DNA from: Fistulifera solaris
Taxonomy: Eukaryota
NCBI GenBank assembly: GCA_030295235.1
Contig: AP026125.1
Span: forward strand, 744,001 to 808,000
Direction of reading: 5' to 3'
DNA: 64,000 nucleotides
Shown: positions 37,403 to 50,900 of the stretch, piece after piece
How the letters are laid out: each line of letters opens with the position of its first letter
Position numbering within the stretch: position 1 is the stretch's first letter
Made by a program: the position numbers and the translations under genes
Notes under the pieces: model-generated
Database searches by the model: none
What the model saw: the letters and a program-made list of their open reading frames with translations, nothing else
What the model was told of the DNA's origin: nothing

Positions 37403-38242
37403 TCAATCTGGTTTGCGTCTCTGAACGTGCCAGATTTCGATATCTTCGGCAGAGTAAACATCATCTTGGTCGTCAATGCTAATTACTGTCAGCTCCAGCA
37501 TCTTTGCTGAAGCGAGTTCACTAAACTTTTCTTTGGGGTCATATTCTGGAAAGTATCGATATTCATAAGATAAAATGGCTAGAGCACCTGGTTTGATGAG
37601 CAGTTGGTCGAGAGCTTCCACCAGTGGAGCGATTGGATACAGTTTTGGAAGAACGCAGTCCGATACTATAACAATGTCGGCATCTTCTGTCGGTAGTGTT
37701 CCGGTTCCCCACCAATATTCCGATACTTGTATTTTGGTCGAGTCGAGTCCATCTTCAATCGCTCGGCTGACATTCTCACCGGCCAATCGCACGACGGCGG
37801 TTTCTCCGTCTGTACAAATCACGCGTTCGGCCCCCAAGAACACGGCCCCTATACTCGTAATCCCCGTTCCACTTCCCAAATCCACAACAATTCTTCCTCG
37901 TATCAATTGGTCGGCGTGTTTCGCCATATATTTCAACAAGACCATACTCGCCGGCCATACGGTCGCACCCGTCCCATAGGTACCTTCCACTTCGCCCCGC
38001 TGGACTTGCAGCACACTGAATTGCTGCACCGTGTGATCGGAGATGTTGAGAGTGACGGGGTACCAGTCACTTTGCGAGTGTCGGTTCCTCCAACCCAAAT
38101 TTTTGATTTTCTTGCTAATAAAATGACTCGGATTTTTCTGTGTGCTTCCCATTTGCGCATCCAGGGCCGCGAAGAATGCCATGGCACTGGGAGACGATCT
38201 TCGATACGGTGTTGTAGCGTCGGGATCGGGTGAATCGGTCAT
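37403..38242 (-). CDS. Seven-beta-strand protein-lysine methyltransferase (METTL21/Methyltransf_16 family)
   Basis: GTGATVWPAS, VVDLGSGTG, VICTDG, YWWG, IVIVSDCV. Confidence 0.88.
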   Translation of the reverse strand: MTDSPDPDATTPYRRSSPSAMAFFAALDAQMGSTQKNPSHFISKKIKNLGWRNRHSQSDWYPVTLNISDHTVQQFSVLQVQRGEVEGTYGTGATVWPASMVLLKYMAKHADQLIRGRIVVDLGSGTGITSIGAVFLGAERVICTDGETAVVRLAGENVSRAIEDGLDSTKIQVSEYWWGTGTLPTEDADIVIVSDCVLPKLYPIAPLVEALDQLLIKPGALAILSYEYRYFPEYDPKEKFSELASAKMLELTVISIDDQDDVYSAEDIEIWHVQRRKPD

Positions 38243-38822
38243 TCTGACTGATTGCGACGAAAACACAGCTCGGTTTTGACATCCACCAAGATATACGAAG
38301 AAGTGCTGCCTGCAAAATTAAAGGTCCACTTGCAACGGCTTTCAATGTCGAAAGAGTGAGAGTGACAACGGAGTACGGAATAGACTAGCTAAGTATCGTT
38401 TTGAAAGCAAGCCGAGAAAAAAAGTTGCGTTGCAATGAAAAGTCGAAGGGAGACACGGGGGAGTTTGGACCGCGACTCAAAATAGTAGTCTCCTGCGTTC
38501 TGTTTCCTATGTGTAGATTTCGCTACGACATGACAAGGAAATGGTGCGACTGTCTTTTAATTTGTAGATTACTTTTTGTGTATACCGAAGACGACATGGG
38601 AGATTTTCTTCGTTTAGCGAGAACAAGAATGGGCCTTGGCGATTGCGGCTGCACGTGCGCCGAGCAACATGAAAAACACAAACAAAGCCCCTTCCATCTC
38701 ATCGCTGTAAATTATATCATCAGAGGGAAAAGAATTTATCAGTTACTCCGAAATAAAACAAGCAACGCATCCCTTTCCCGCACTGCGTTTGAATTCGTTT
38801 CGTCCGGTCACGTGGTTAAAGG

Positions 38823-41800
38823 ATGTCGTCCTTCATTACAGATTATACGTTTTTTGCAGCATCGGCCGCGCATTCTTCGACCGATGACGAAGGAGTTTGG
38901 ACGGATTTTTCGAACAGTTCCGAACCGGACGATCCCAAACATATACCGCCGAGAGGCCGCATCCTAGAGACGGTCCCCATGAGACAATTGGCGCGAAAAC
39001 ACAAACGAAAAGAAGAAATGATACAAAAGCAACTGGCGCATCGCAAGCGCTCCAGCTCCGAACCCCCTCCTGTAGAAAGAACCGAATGTGAGAAGGATGG
39101 CACGTGTACCGATGTATCCAACCGGCGACTTTCCACTCCTTCACCGTTTTTCAACCGACTGGCCAAAGTAAAGCATATGCAACAAGAACTACGCGAACAG
39201 CAGCGGCCTACACAATTGAAGGGTTCGGAAATCATTAATGGCGAAACTAGTAGTAGCCCAACCGACACAATCAAAAAAAGAACCTACCTTTACTGAGCAC
39301 GGCAAAGACGAAAATTGGGATATTCGACTCAACATTGTGAAACGAAGAGGCGGGTCGCGTTCGAAACTACCCAACAATGAAGGGAGACAGGCTGCGGACG
39401 AGTCTAAGACGAAGGACGCAAATGGTCCTGTAGCGACAAAATCGATATCACTGGCGAAATTGCGGGAACACCGCCGTCGAAAATTGGGCATAGTGCCGCC
39501 AAATGAATGCGATCACGACAATAATATGCCAACCAATTCACAAAGCTCCGATAGTCTCGGTTCTTTAATAACAGCATCCACGGCGGTTCTCGATTCCGCC
39601 GGGGTCCCTCGGCTGGGGAATCAAAGTTCCGAAAGTCTCGGTTCTTTGGAGACCGCGTCACTGCCACTGACCGCATCGGAACTTGGCGTGATCACCCACA
39701 ATCCCGTTGCCCAGCAAAACAGAGGAAAGACTACAACGATTCGCCAATTGGATAGTAATATTACGGATCCTGACTTTGATTCGAAGGAGTACACTGTGTC
39801 AAACACATCCATTCAAGTATCCGAGAGTCTTGGTTCGCTGGAGACGGCAAGTACGCCGTCCACGGAAAGGGATGAAGTTACCTACAGCACCAGTACCGAC
39901 ATTGATGGCGATCGCGGTCGGGCAACCGAGACGACTCACTCTTACCCCACTTCGTGTAATGAGAGTCAAAGCCAGGAAGGATTCGAACAGTGGGCTACGT
40001 TCGAGAAAACTGGTTCCGGTTCGTCCAGCAGTGCTTCCAGCGGTGGACCGTACGGGAAAAGCACATCGTCCGAAACGGATATTTTCAATCGCATAGGGGA
40101 GCAATCATTTGATGAGTTTCGAAAGATGAAACCACTTCGAAAAGACGAGCTATTCGATTTGGAAGGAGAATCAGGCAATGACACAGTTGAATTGACTGGC
40201 AATGGTCTTGGTGATGATACAAAGGCACCTCTTGCCTTATCTGCTCAAGGATCAGGAAAGAGTTTTGATTTTCGGGATATCGAAGACACTGAGAATGTTT
40301 TTGTCGATCCGTCATGGGATGCGTACAAAGTGTACTTCAATGAGTTTGACAATGCGAAGAAAAATAACGGAATGGATATGTTTGGAAACCACAATGATGA
40401 CTGGATCTCAACATCCCGAGATTTCTTTTCGTTGCCTGTGCAAACGACTGAATGTGGTCGTGATAGCGATGCAATGGTTCCTCGTCGACAGCAAGTGGAA
40501 GAAGAGAAAAAAGACCGAGATTCTGTCTCTCTCGAACAAGCATTGGAGATCGGACTCGTTCATCCCGACTCAAATTTTGTCGATCCCAGATGGCCTACTG
40601 TGAATGAGTATGCAGGTCATAGCACGGTTAGTGCTGGACCTCTGTTCCAACAATCGGAAGCTGACGATGCTAACCTCCTTGATGATTCAGGAAGTGGTTG
40701 TGGATCTTCCCGTGACAGCAGCAATTGGTTTCCGAAAAGAAAAGAAGAACGAATTCGCGAGTACAATACACTAGAAGTAGACGAAGAATCAAGCAAGGAT
40801 GAAACTGGGAGCGAAGAAAGCGAGCAAGACGATTATCTTCCCAGTTACGTCCCGCAAGCTAACCCCACCGACGATGACATGTTGTCGTCAAGTGAAGACG
40901 AGGAATTTGCTAAGGGTCCTAATGCAACGGAAAGAGTGCAAACAGCTGCAAGCGACCAAAGCGACGTCTTCGATTTCGGCGTTAGCGACATTCTTGGAAA
41001 AAAATTCTGGTTGTGTATCCGACGAAAGACCAAATACGGCAGACCCGTTGTCAGGTATTGCTCAGCTTGCCCTCGATGTCTCAAATAATATTGATGAACC
41101 TCTGATATCGTTGGAGGAAAGAGAGTCACTTGTTCAGCCTCTATCTATCCCTCTGGTCTCTATTCCTGTTCCTCCGCCGCCACCTCCCTCTCCCCGTACA
41201 TCAACGCCGAAGAAATCCCGACGTTCGTCTAAAAGGTCCACTTTGATTCCACTCATTGCTCCACCACCGTTCGAAAGGATGAAAAAGTGGGAGGAGGAAA
41301 AGGCTCGGCCTGTTGAGCACCTTAAGAAACTACAGTCGAGAAACTTGCTTCCTCCACCCCCGCCCCCTCCTCCGCCGCCGAAATCGTTTTTCCATAAGGG
41401 ACGACGGAAGCGAAGTTCAGACAAGAATCAAGCTTTCGGATGCAAGGAAGATTGTGCTGTGTCTTCTACAATCATTAGCAACGCATGGATGGCTGAAAAA
41501 GTGGATACTGCCATCAGTGCTGCGTCTTTGAAATTTGAGCAACAAATTTCGGCTGAAGGTTTCGCGAACTTTTCTCAAAATAACGACCACCACTCGGAAT
41601 CACTTTCCAAGCATTCTTTTGGAAATAATAAAAGTAAACTTTCTACCGCCTCCAACGGCGGAGGACTTGACCAGTTTGACTTTCATCGCCAATTTGTTCA
41701 TCCACAAAGCGAACACAGTCCGTTCAATGAAGCAATTATCAGAGTCCCTGCTTTGCTGTCAAAAATTTTGGAGTTTCTCGGAGACCCCGTGGCTGTGTGT

Positions 41801-43129
41801 AGGGTAAAGATGCTAAATCGTCGATGCAGAGAGTACGTGGAAAGAAACGAGCATCTTCTTATGCGGGAAGCTGTTCGTTTGGGAGGAATGAGTATGCAGG
41901 TCCGTCCGGCATTTTGGTTGTGGGTTACTCTAGAAAAGATGGAAACCCCTCGAAACGATTTGCGTGAAGAAGCGTGTGTAGAAGAGCTCGAGAGACAAGG
42001 AAGGGAAGGAAAATGGCACAGTGTCATCGAGAGGGACGTGGCTAGGGCTTTCGGAAATCTTCCTCCTCATAAAAGTGGAGCTCGACTACGTACAGATTCC
42101 ATTGTTCGTGCGCTTGTTTCATGGGGACGTGGTCGGATGATAAAAAGAGGAGTAAAAGGAGAAGGTGAAGCTCCTCCCCGTCTAACGGCTTCCAATTCTT
42201 ATGATTCCGATGTAACGCCAACCGACACAGTAAGTGACTGGGGTGCTGTTGCTCCCGCATCGAGTACTGCGAGCGAATTAGACGAGTCTCTGAGGTTCAA
42301 ACAAAACAATGAAGCTTTCTCAAAGCATGACGACGGAAGAGGTGAGCTTGCTCTTAGTGGAAGTGTTTTACGAGACGACCTTAAAGTCGAGCTGCGAGGA
42401 AAGTTACGCTTTGTTCTACATGCCCTCGCCGCATCGCATCCCGATGTAGGCTACTGCCAAGGTATGGATTACGTTGTAGCTCACCTACTGCGAATTTTGC
42501 AAGAAACCATTCGTTGGAAGGCAGCGGTTGGTACACTACCGGAAATCATCGAATCGGCACCACAATCAAGTGGCATGGATGGCCTCTCGCAAGAAGCATT
42601 ATCGGAACAATATTGTAAGATCGACCAGACGCTCGTTGTCGAAGAGACGCTGTTTCACGTAATGGAATCGTTCTTCGGCACGTATAATTTGCGCCATTTC
42701 TATTACCCCGAGCTGCGCTGCTTAAAAACATGCTGTCGTGTTTTTGAACGGTTGATTCAACTGAAACTGCCCGTGCTGGCAGACCACTTTGAACACCATG
42801 AGTTGAATGTTGGACTTTTCGCCCTTGGTTGGTTCCAAACATTGTTTCTCTACCTCCCTTCTATGCCATCAGCCACCGTTTGTCACATGTGGGACATCTG
42901 GCTAGTCGAACGAAGCTTTAAGATTTTCTTTCGTGTGGGCACTGCTATTCTTTTCTTGAGTCAACCGATCTTGCTTAATCACGAGTTAGAGGGTATGATG
43001 AGTTACCTGAACACATTTCCTGATGCAACACTCCTGAGCCCCGATATCTTGATCGCTTGCGCTCTGCAAATCAAGGTTACAAATAAGCTGCTGATGGAGT
43101 TGGAGAGAGAAGTTATCCGCACCATGTAA
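38823..43129 (+). CDS. Rab-GAP TBC-domain protein with a long disordered N-terminus
   Basis: IERDVARAF, VGYCQGMDYVV, WFQTLF, WDIWLVE; poly-Pro tracts; poly-A frameshifts at ~39275 and ~41000 join three ORFs. Confidence 0.85.
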
Positions 43130-43319
43130 ACGTCCAAATCGCGCTCTCAATTTGGCCGCATTGTGTCCTATTAATGTATTATAATTATTTAATGTCGTTT
43201 TTGATCATAGTCATTGCAAGTGAAAACATAGGAGGACTCGTTTTGGTGTATCACAATCAATTATATTAGCAAATCATCTACGTGGATAGAATAGTGCAGT
43301 TCACCATAGGTTAATGAGT

Positions 43320-44032
43320 TTACTCGTAAAGCCAGCTTTGAGAGTGACTTTCCCAGTCCAATACTTCCGATTCGTCGAACCACAAAGCAATCTCCTTGTT
43401 GGCATTCTCAACGGAGTCACTACCATGGCAGATGTTGCGACCGACTTCGATGCAGAAATCTCCTCGAATAGTTCCAGGAGCCGACTCCAGAGGGTTTGTT
43501 GCTCCCAACATTTTACGACCCGTCGAAACGGCTTCCTTGCCTTCCCAAACCATGCTGACGACCTAAGAGAAACAAAGTAAATGTCAGTTGTTGCTGACGA
43601 TTACCTTTTAGTGGTTGTAAGAACATAGTCACTACTTACTGGACCAGAGAGCATGTAGTCTCGGAGCTTCGGGAAGAAAGGCTTCGATGTAAGATCGGCG
43701 TAGTGTTTCTCCAAAAGTTCCTTAGTGGCCATGCGTGTTTTCATAGCGACCAACTTGTACCCCTTTGTTTCCAAATCGGCTGACGATGTTTCCCACAATG
43801 CCTCTCTGAACTCCATCGGGTTTGATCTATAGCAAAACAAAAGAGCCGTGAGAGCCAGTTTTCGGCAACAAAAGCAATTAGTGCGGACCACGTCACATAC
43901 CATGATGTAAGTTCGTTCCATTGCCATCGAGAGTGAATACACCGAGCGAGGGCTGCTTACGAAAGGGGTTTTCGGCACAAAGGCCGAAACGGAGGAGACA
44001 ATGAGAAAGGCGAGGTAGAAAATTCGGTTCAT
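43320..44032 (-). CDS. NDK: Nucleoside diphosphate kinase, plastid-targeted
   Basis: Signal peptide + [50 protein letters not shown]; two introns and an indel at ~43772. Confidence 0.95.
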
Positions 44033-44585
44033 GGTAAACTAGGCGTTGATGAATGAAGTTGCAACAAACGATGAATCTCAAATAATAATGGTTTTATCGG
44101 ATGTTTGATGTCTCGATCCGTCGAAATGATGAGGGTGCAACTCGAAAAACACGTCACTGTGTAGATCTAAGGTGTGATACCCCGACTATGATCTATTGTA
44201 TAAACTGGTACTAGTTTCACGGTATGTGATAGCTTCTTGAGTACCTGTGCGTATATGAACGGACGACTGACAAGCCACTCGCTGTAGCTCATAACCTATT
44301 TTGTGTGATCGAAAAGATCGAGAAGCGAAAAAGACGAGCGACGGCCAGTCGATTGCTTTCCTCACCGCGAGAAAAACGTCGGCGGTGCAACTCTCGTCCG
44401 CTAAGACTTCGAAGATTATCTCGATGATATTTGCATAACAAGAAAGAGATAAAGACATCAACCATTCATCTGATAAAGGTGAAGACGAAGGATCAGCGCG
44501 CGTCACTTAGCAAAAGTACCGACTAAGCGCACTCTACAACCTAGTTGAATTGTATTTTATTTGAGACGAAAACGATCGAGAAATC

Positions 44586-45493
44586 ATGGCCGACGCCGCT
44601 GCATTTTTTGCCAGCAAGAAAAAGAAAAATAAGAAGGCTTTTACGTTCAATGCGAACTTGGTCGATGCATCTACCGTAAATGCGACAGTGCATGTGTAAG
44701 TAATCATGCTTAATCTTTTCGTTGAGGTCATCTCTTCTCACTTTTCTCTGTATACACAGAGAAGCGCCAGCCTTATCGAATGAACACGATATCATTGCAG
44801 AATCGCCCGAAATGAATGAAAACAATAGCGAATGGGATGAACAAGCTGTAGTAGGAGCAACAAACCAACTTAGAAACGCATCTGACGCAGTTTTGGATTT
44901 TAAAGTAGCGAGCAGTAACGGTATAGATACAGACGACATTGCGTCAAAGTTGCGAGTGGAGGAAACAAAGGCACAGCTTGCTGCCGCAAGGGAGGGTATG
45001 GAAAGAGAAGCATTGAAACTGAAAGAAGAGCGCGAAAAGAAAGAGAAAGCGAAAGAAGAAGCGTCCAATGCTGTCGGTGGCGGGCCTGCAAAATGGGTTG
45101 CGCCTTCGCTGCGTCGGCAAATGGGGGCCGCCGGAGATTCTAGTAGACCAAGAATTGGCGGAAAGTTAAATGTTGAAGATGAAGAGCTATTTCCTGACTT
45201 GGCTGCAGCTGGGAAAATTTTGGAACAGAAAGAAAAAGAATCCCAGCCCTTGTTCAAGCCTGCCAAGAAAACACCTGTGGGAGGTGGAGCATCATGGGCA
45301 TCGAAATCGACAAAAGCAGCTGAGCCAGCTGTAGTAGAGGAGTCTACGGAAGAGAAGATAACTGGACCTGAACCTGCTGAAAGCGAGCCTGAAGTAGTTG
45401 AGGCGCCATCACAAGCAACTATCCCAGTTGTGAAGAAGCCTGTCGTTAAAAAAGAAGAAGAAGGATCTATCTACTTTCAAACCTAGCTCATAA
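44586..45493 (+). CDS. Hydrophilic low-complexity protein, possibly CDV3-like
   Basis: MADAAAFFASKKKK start; intron 44695-44759; coiled coil; KWVAPSLR and ELFPDL motifs; poly-A frameshift near the end. Confidence 0.55.
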
Positions 45494-45569
45494 ATCGGGA
45501 GGGGAGCGAGCAATTCCACACAGTCATTAAAGTCTTTATCGATATTAAGAAAGCTTAAACACTTTTTCG

Positions 45570-46088
45570 CTACTGTTCGTCGTAGATCAACGTTGGTGAT
45601 GATGAATCGTAGCTCTCTTTCCGAAAGCGCGGCTCCAGATTTTTTTGGATTGCCAGCGGACCTTTAATCCCTGCTAGACTTAGAATCTTAAATTCGACGT
45701 TATGTGATTCCCGAATAGATATGAAACTTGTCATATCAGAAGCTTTTACCGTTTGTCTCTTGGGTCCAAGTAGAACTTTTTGATTTTCGTCGTACAGTGT
45801 CCATTGGAGCTCCAATGCTACCTTCCCCAGCAATCCCCAAGTACACAGCTGCAACCATTTTTGGCCGATGGAACAACGAAGAATGGCAATGCTCAACAGC
45901 AGACCAGGATCTTCTTTATGGGGTAGATCTGAGACGAACACCTGTGTTAGGCCTTCATTGAGAAACTCGGCGGCTCGGTGCGCCAGGTCGACGGAGATGT
46001 CTGCTTCAAGTATCCTTCCATCCAGAAACACTTCGACTGTCCGTATATCATCTTTCGAATGCTTGTGGAGACATCGTTTTGGTGGCAT
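45570..46088 (-). CDS. Hypothetical protein (172 aa)
   Basis: ATG-initiated intronless ORF filling the space between neighbouring genes; no motif recognised. Confidence 0.5.
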   Translation of the reverse strand: MPPKRCLHKHSKDDIRTVEVFLDGRILEADISVDLAHRAAEFLNEGLTQVFVSDLPHKEDPGLLLSIAILRCSIGQKWLQLCTWGLLGKVALELQWTLYDENQKVLLGPKRQTVKASDMTSFISIRESHNVEFKILSLAGIKGPLAIQKNLEPRFRKESYDSSSPTLIYDEQ

Positions 46089-46263
46089 GATAAAGGATAC
46101 GGAGTGATTAATTCAAAATATTGTGTTGGCTATTATTTGGGGTTTGATTTTTTGGATTGTGAGATTTTGAGTCGTGCATCTACATGCCTTCTGTTCGTTG
46201 TTCTTGTTTCTTGTTTCTACGTAAGCTGAGTACCGGTACTGGACTCTACGTGAAGGTGTGTGA

Positions 46264-46515
46264 GTCCCGGAAGGTGTAAATTATTATCATTTAGTCACGA
46301 GCTCGAAAGTGGGTCCAGTCTGTCCGTGCATCCTCACCAACATTTTCTTATCACAGTGCGACATCGTATGACATCCGGGTACCGATCCGAAACAATTTCT
46401 ACACTTAACATCTAGGCACCCTTTCTGTCTAGATATCGTTCTATAGTAAGCAAACCGTGTTTTTTGGCCAAAAAAATGCAAGGGGGTTAATTGCCCATGA
46501 TTTTTGGCCCATTTC
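46264..46515 (+). repeat. Dispersed ~245-bp repeat, copy 1
   Basis: gtcccggaaggtg..ttagtcacga.ctcgaaagtgggtccagtctgtccgtgc and tttttggc.aaaaaatgcaagggggtt..gcccatgatttt.ggccccattt shared with 55175-55416. Confidence 0.88.
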
Positions 46516-46569
46516 ATTGCAACTCCTCCTCTCATCTCTTTTTCTATGTGAATGAATGTATTACACAAC

Positions 46570-47853
46570 ATGAAAACACTCGAACTCCCTCCGATTCTTT
46601 CCGCTGCTCTTCCTGGTATTCGCTGGCCGCTCGAAATGGAAGCACCACCCTTGCACTTTCGTTCTCTGGAGGAAATGAAGCAGATACGCTCCGGAAAATT
46701 GCCTGATTTAGAGCTTTTTCGAGATGTGCCTAGTTCCCTGGATTCTTTATTTCCTTTGCACGAAACAGAAAAACAAACTCGTCATTTCGGAACCATCTCG
46801 ATAGCTCTGATCTTGCTAGGACACGGTCTCACCGATGAATGTCACGATTTAATCACACCACTCTCATGGCCCGATGATATTCACTTTGCTCATGGACCCT
46901 CTATTTACGGTCAAGTCTCACCTTCTGCTAGAACGTACGCATCCTATGTGCATTCGTTAGTTCATCGGAAGGAAGCATTTCATCATGGAGAGTTTGGTAT
47001 GATGGGATTTCAAAATGCAAATTACTGGTCGAATGCAGCGAGTTCGCCGACGGGAGCGAGCAGTCTGCCTCACACTGATCTTTATCGAGAGCTCAAGTCA
47101 TTGGCGGAGGAGTTTGCGGATCATGAACCAGTACAAATGTGGTGCTCTACAAATTTAGATGATACGTCTCCCGTCTTTGACGCCCGTATGCTGCATAAAC
47201 TTTGCGCGAATGTGCTAAAACAAAACCCGCGAGATTCGGTAATGCAAACGTTTGCCGAACGAGCTGTTGAGTCAGAAATTCGCGTCCTGTTGACCAAGAC
47301 GCTTCGGAATGCAGGATTCGTCTTTCATGATAGTGTTATCCTCCAGAGACAGAAAGACAACTGTCGAGTGGAAGTAAGTACCGAAGCCAACTTGGTGGAC
47401 GTGAATATTGCTCTGTCGGCCTCACGCAAAGTATCCAGCGCACACCTTAATCAATTCCGCACCCAAGGCTCGGTAATTCTGCGTGGTATTCTCACTTCTC
47501 CAGTCAACGAGTCGCGTGCCCTAGCGGCCGCAGCAGGACTTGCGTGTCGATTACTAGATTCGCCCGGTTGCAGGCTCATTTCCGACGCGAATGGCTCTCA
47601 CAACCGAGATGTTGTCGAAGTTAGTTTTTCTTTCAAAGAGCAGACTCTCGATGTTGGAAATGAAGCGCTCTATTTCAGAGACGGTGATGTGTGGGTAAGC
47701 GAGAAGAATATCAATCACCCGTCTCTGACGAAATATTCTTTCGAAGCGGCTACCAAAGAATCCCCCGATCTAACCTTCCTTGATCCCCTACATGGAGCAC
47801 GAGGAGAAACGCCGACGACTGTAGTTCAGTGGAGCAAAGGGACAATCTTTTAA
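46570..47853 (+). CDS. Conserved hypothetical protein (H-x3-H-R-x-E ... N-x2-Y-W helical motif)
   Basis: Intronless ORF of ~427 aa; DECHDLI..YVHSLVHRKE..NANYW resembles from memory an uncharacterised bacterial/fungal family. Confidence 0.65.
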   Translation: MKTLELPPILSAALPGIRWPLEMEAPPLHFRSLEEMKQIRSGKLPDLELFRDVPSSLDSLFPLHETEKQTRHFGTISIALILLGHGLTDECHDLITPLSWPDDIHFAHGPSIYGQVSPSARTYASYVHSLVHRKEAFHHGEFGMMGFQNANYWSNAASSPTGASSLPHTDLYRELKSLAEEFADHEPVQMWCSTNLDDTSPVFDARMLHKLCANVLKQNPRDSVMQTFAERAVESEIRVLLTKTLRNAGFVFHDSVILQRQKDNCRVEVSTEANLVDVNIALSASRKVSSAHLNQFRTQGSVILRGILTSPVNESRALAAAAGLACRLLDSPGCRLISDANGSHNRDVVEVSFSFKEQTLDVGNEALYFRDGDVWVSEKNINHPSLTKYSFEAATKESPDLTFLDPLHGARGETPTTVVQWSKGTIF

Positions 47854-47923
47854 AGTGCTAAAACACCTTAATGTGCGGTAATTCTCTTCAGACAACTACA
47901 CAATTAAAAACTCGTAATTATTC

Positions 47924-50900
47924 TTAAAGAATCATGCTACCGCATTGGATTTCTAACAAGTTGTCGAAAATCAGATCGACTGTCGATCCTATTGATGCTG
48001 CGAGATCTTCTTGTTCAGCCACAGGTAGATCAACAAATCGCATGACCAAATCCCCATCAATAACACTCTTCTTCCGGTAATTGCTTCTGCATCCGCCTCT
48101 ACGAGGTGTTCGCCGGTACAATCTCCAACCTCGAGGGTTCAAAGCACAATCGGCGTCCAGCGCGTTCGCCATAACTGACTGTAAAGCTGTCAAGCGCCAA
48201 AAAGGGCTCACTGATCGGCACAATGGAAGCCATTGTGCCGTCCGTGGTACCATAGTGAACTGCAAGGCGCTGGTCATCGTCAGCGCGACCGAAAAACGTA
48301 TCTTGTTGCTTCAATGCAGCCCGTGAGCTGATCGGTGTGGCGCTGTGAATAATAAGGCTCGACCGGCATTGATGAGACTTGAAACAAGTTGTCTGATGAC
48401 CGATGTGACAGTCCGCTCTGCAAACAAGCTTGTTACCACCACGAGCTGCTGCCTCTCCTGGCGCGTATTGGACAAACGTTAAATTTTGCCTATCATCGTG
48501 ACACACTATTGTCTTCGAAAGGAACAAAAGTTAGAGGCGGACGGGAAACAAAAGTATATACACCGGTGCTTACCATATTCGGTCCTCGAGACATAAGGCC
48601 GGCCGCGTATACTGGAATTGGGTCGTAGTCTTTCGCTAGAAGCGTCAGACTTTTGTCAGATTCCCTCCACACAAGAAAATAAAGAGAATCGTAAGCATCA
48701 CTCAACAGAAAGAAATTTTTGAATAGTTGAATATTTGACACCTCCATTGTTGCCCGAAAGAAGCCCACCTGCGTCAAGCGATCATTACCCCATTGCTCAA
48801 TGTTGATATCAGCTCCGGCACCAACAACTAATCGATTTTTTTCCGTCGATAGAAAGACACTCCAAAGTGGTGACAGGACCGTGAAAAACTTCTTTTTCAT
48901 AGCGAAGCTTCAACTCCGCTACCTCGTCAAGTTTCTTGGTCACCGTAAATAGAAGCGCACGCCCCTTTGAGCTGACGTCCTCGCCGTTGTGATTTACTAT
49001 ACCGGTTCCAACAGCGATGAACATTGTGCTCTCGAAATCAGTTTCCTCTTCTAGTTCAGCACTAGCGCTACCCGGCTCCACTTTCATGTCAGATAACGAC
49101 ATAACTTTTAATGCCATTCCATGTTCGTATTCGGCTAACTCAAAGGAATCGACAACCGTCCAACCTTTTGCAGCGTCTACAAGCCACAAAGAATATGCGG
49201 AATTTCGAACAGGTGGTGCTCCTCCGAGACCGAGATCAACATCAAAACAATTCTCTCGATCAATTTCCTCAACCCATTCGCTGTGTATATCGAAGCCACC
49301 AAGATCTGCTTCCACCTGTTTTTGTATCATCGCTTGTTCCTTTTCCTCTTCCAAGGCTCTCCTTTCTTCAGCTGCCAAAGTGTCGGTATTCCATTCGCTT
49401 TGATCGGCTTCGAATTCTTTCGAAACTAATACAGCGTAGAGAGGATGTGACCCGCTTGAAATGGACGGGTCGTCGATGAATTCAATATGGCGAATAGTTA
49501 CTCCCATTGGAACCTTCTCAATAAAAGTTCCAGAACCAGATATAATGCTTGGATTCTCAAATCCACTTGAAAGGCCTCGAAACAAAGTGATTCTCTGACT
49601 ACCGACTTTTCCAACACGTTCATGCAAGGTCACAAAACCTGAATCCTGAGAAGATTCCGAGAAAAATCCCGCGCAGTAAGCCCGAAGCGGCTTATCAGTG
49701 CCACCCGCGGGAGCTGCATGTCTCGTGCGGTGCAATACGTAGGATGGCGCCCCCTCTCAGCAATAATCCACATGGGTCGGTAACCTGCAATAAAGCAACC
49801 ATCCTGACCAGATAGCTTTGTCACACGATGAAGGGCGTTTGTTGAAAAAGTCGGAATTTCACTCTCTTCTTGACGAGAAAGAACTTTCTTCCTAGAAAGT
49901 TTCGCATTATGACGATTTTGTTCTTTACTTCGACGCCCCGCGACACCCAGATCAACCTTATGAAAAGATATAGGATGACCAGAGAGGTCATTTCTTGATT
50001 TTTGGTAAACGATCACGTCGCCAGCTGATGTTTCGACAGCAAAACATAAAGTGCGACTCAAGGGATTTTTGTCAATGTATGATGCTCCGATCAAGAAAAA
50101 TCTCAGTTCTTTGACACAGACCATTGTCGTTGAGGGAAGTCGGTGTTCCCCTGGTAATTCGAACTTGAGACAGTCAGTTCCCGGTCCACAACCGAAACTT
50201 TGCCAGCAGAGTCGAAGCTTTCCTCCGTCAGCTGCATAAACCTCCAACGCACTGGACTGTCTACAAACCGCAACAAACAACTTCTCCTCGGTGCTCACAG
50301 ACTCGTCACATGAGACGTCCCGTGCGTTTCGAAGAGATTCTGCCGTTCTCGATTTGGCTGAATAAAGAAGCTCATCTTCTTCATCTATTATAGACCATTG
50401 GTTTTCAAAATCCTGCAAAGAGCTTCTCTTTTCTTCAATTCGCTCCATGCCGTTTCCGTTGAGTTCAAAGGAGGGAAATGTCGAAGACGGAGCTACGAAG
50501 ACATCCAGCCCAACAATTGTTTTACTTGCATAGAATTCTTTTCGACGCGTCTCCTCTGGGTCATCGTCGTCCACCTCCATCGGTACTGGAGATGATGAAT
50601 CAATTGTAGTTTCACCCACGTCTAATATTGATGTAATGCCATCTTTGCTGCACACAACAACAGTTGCCTCACCGGATGTCCACAGGCAGCCAAAGGTGAG
50701 AGTTTGTTCATCGCCTTCACTCTGCTGTACAAACGGTGTCAAGCTCGATATTGAGCCTTCAAACTTCACGTCAATAAAACTTTCGGTGCGTAAGCGAAAC
50801 GACTTGTCGAAAATTAGCAACCGCAGTATAGCTTCGTCGCTCTGTTTGACGCATACGGCAAAATGTCCATCGGTGAACTCACCAGTCCCAAGTACTGCTG

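Noticed and set aside
38401..38967. 188-aa ORF upstream of the TBC gene
   Set aside because: Non-ATG start, no motifs, and it overlaps the real gene start in another frame.
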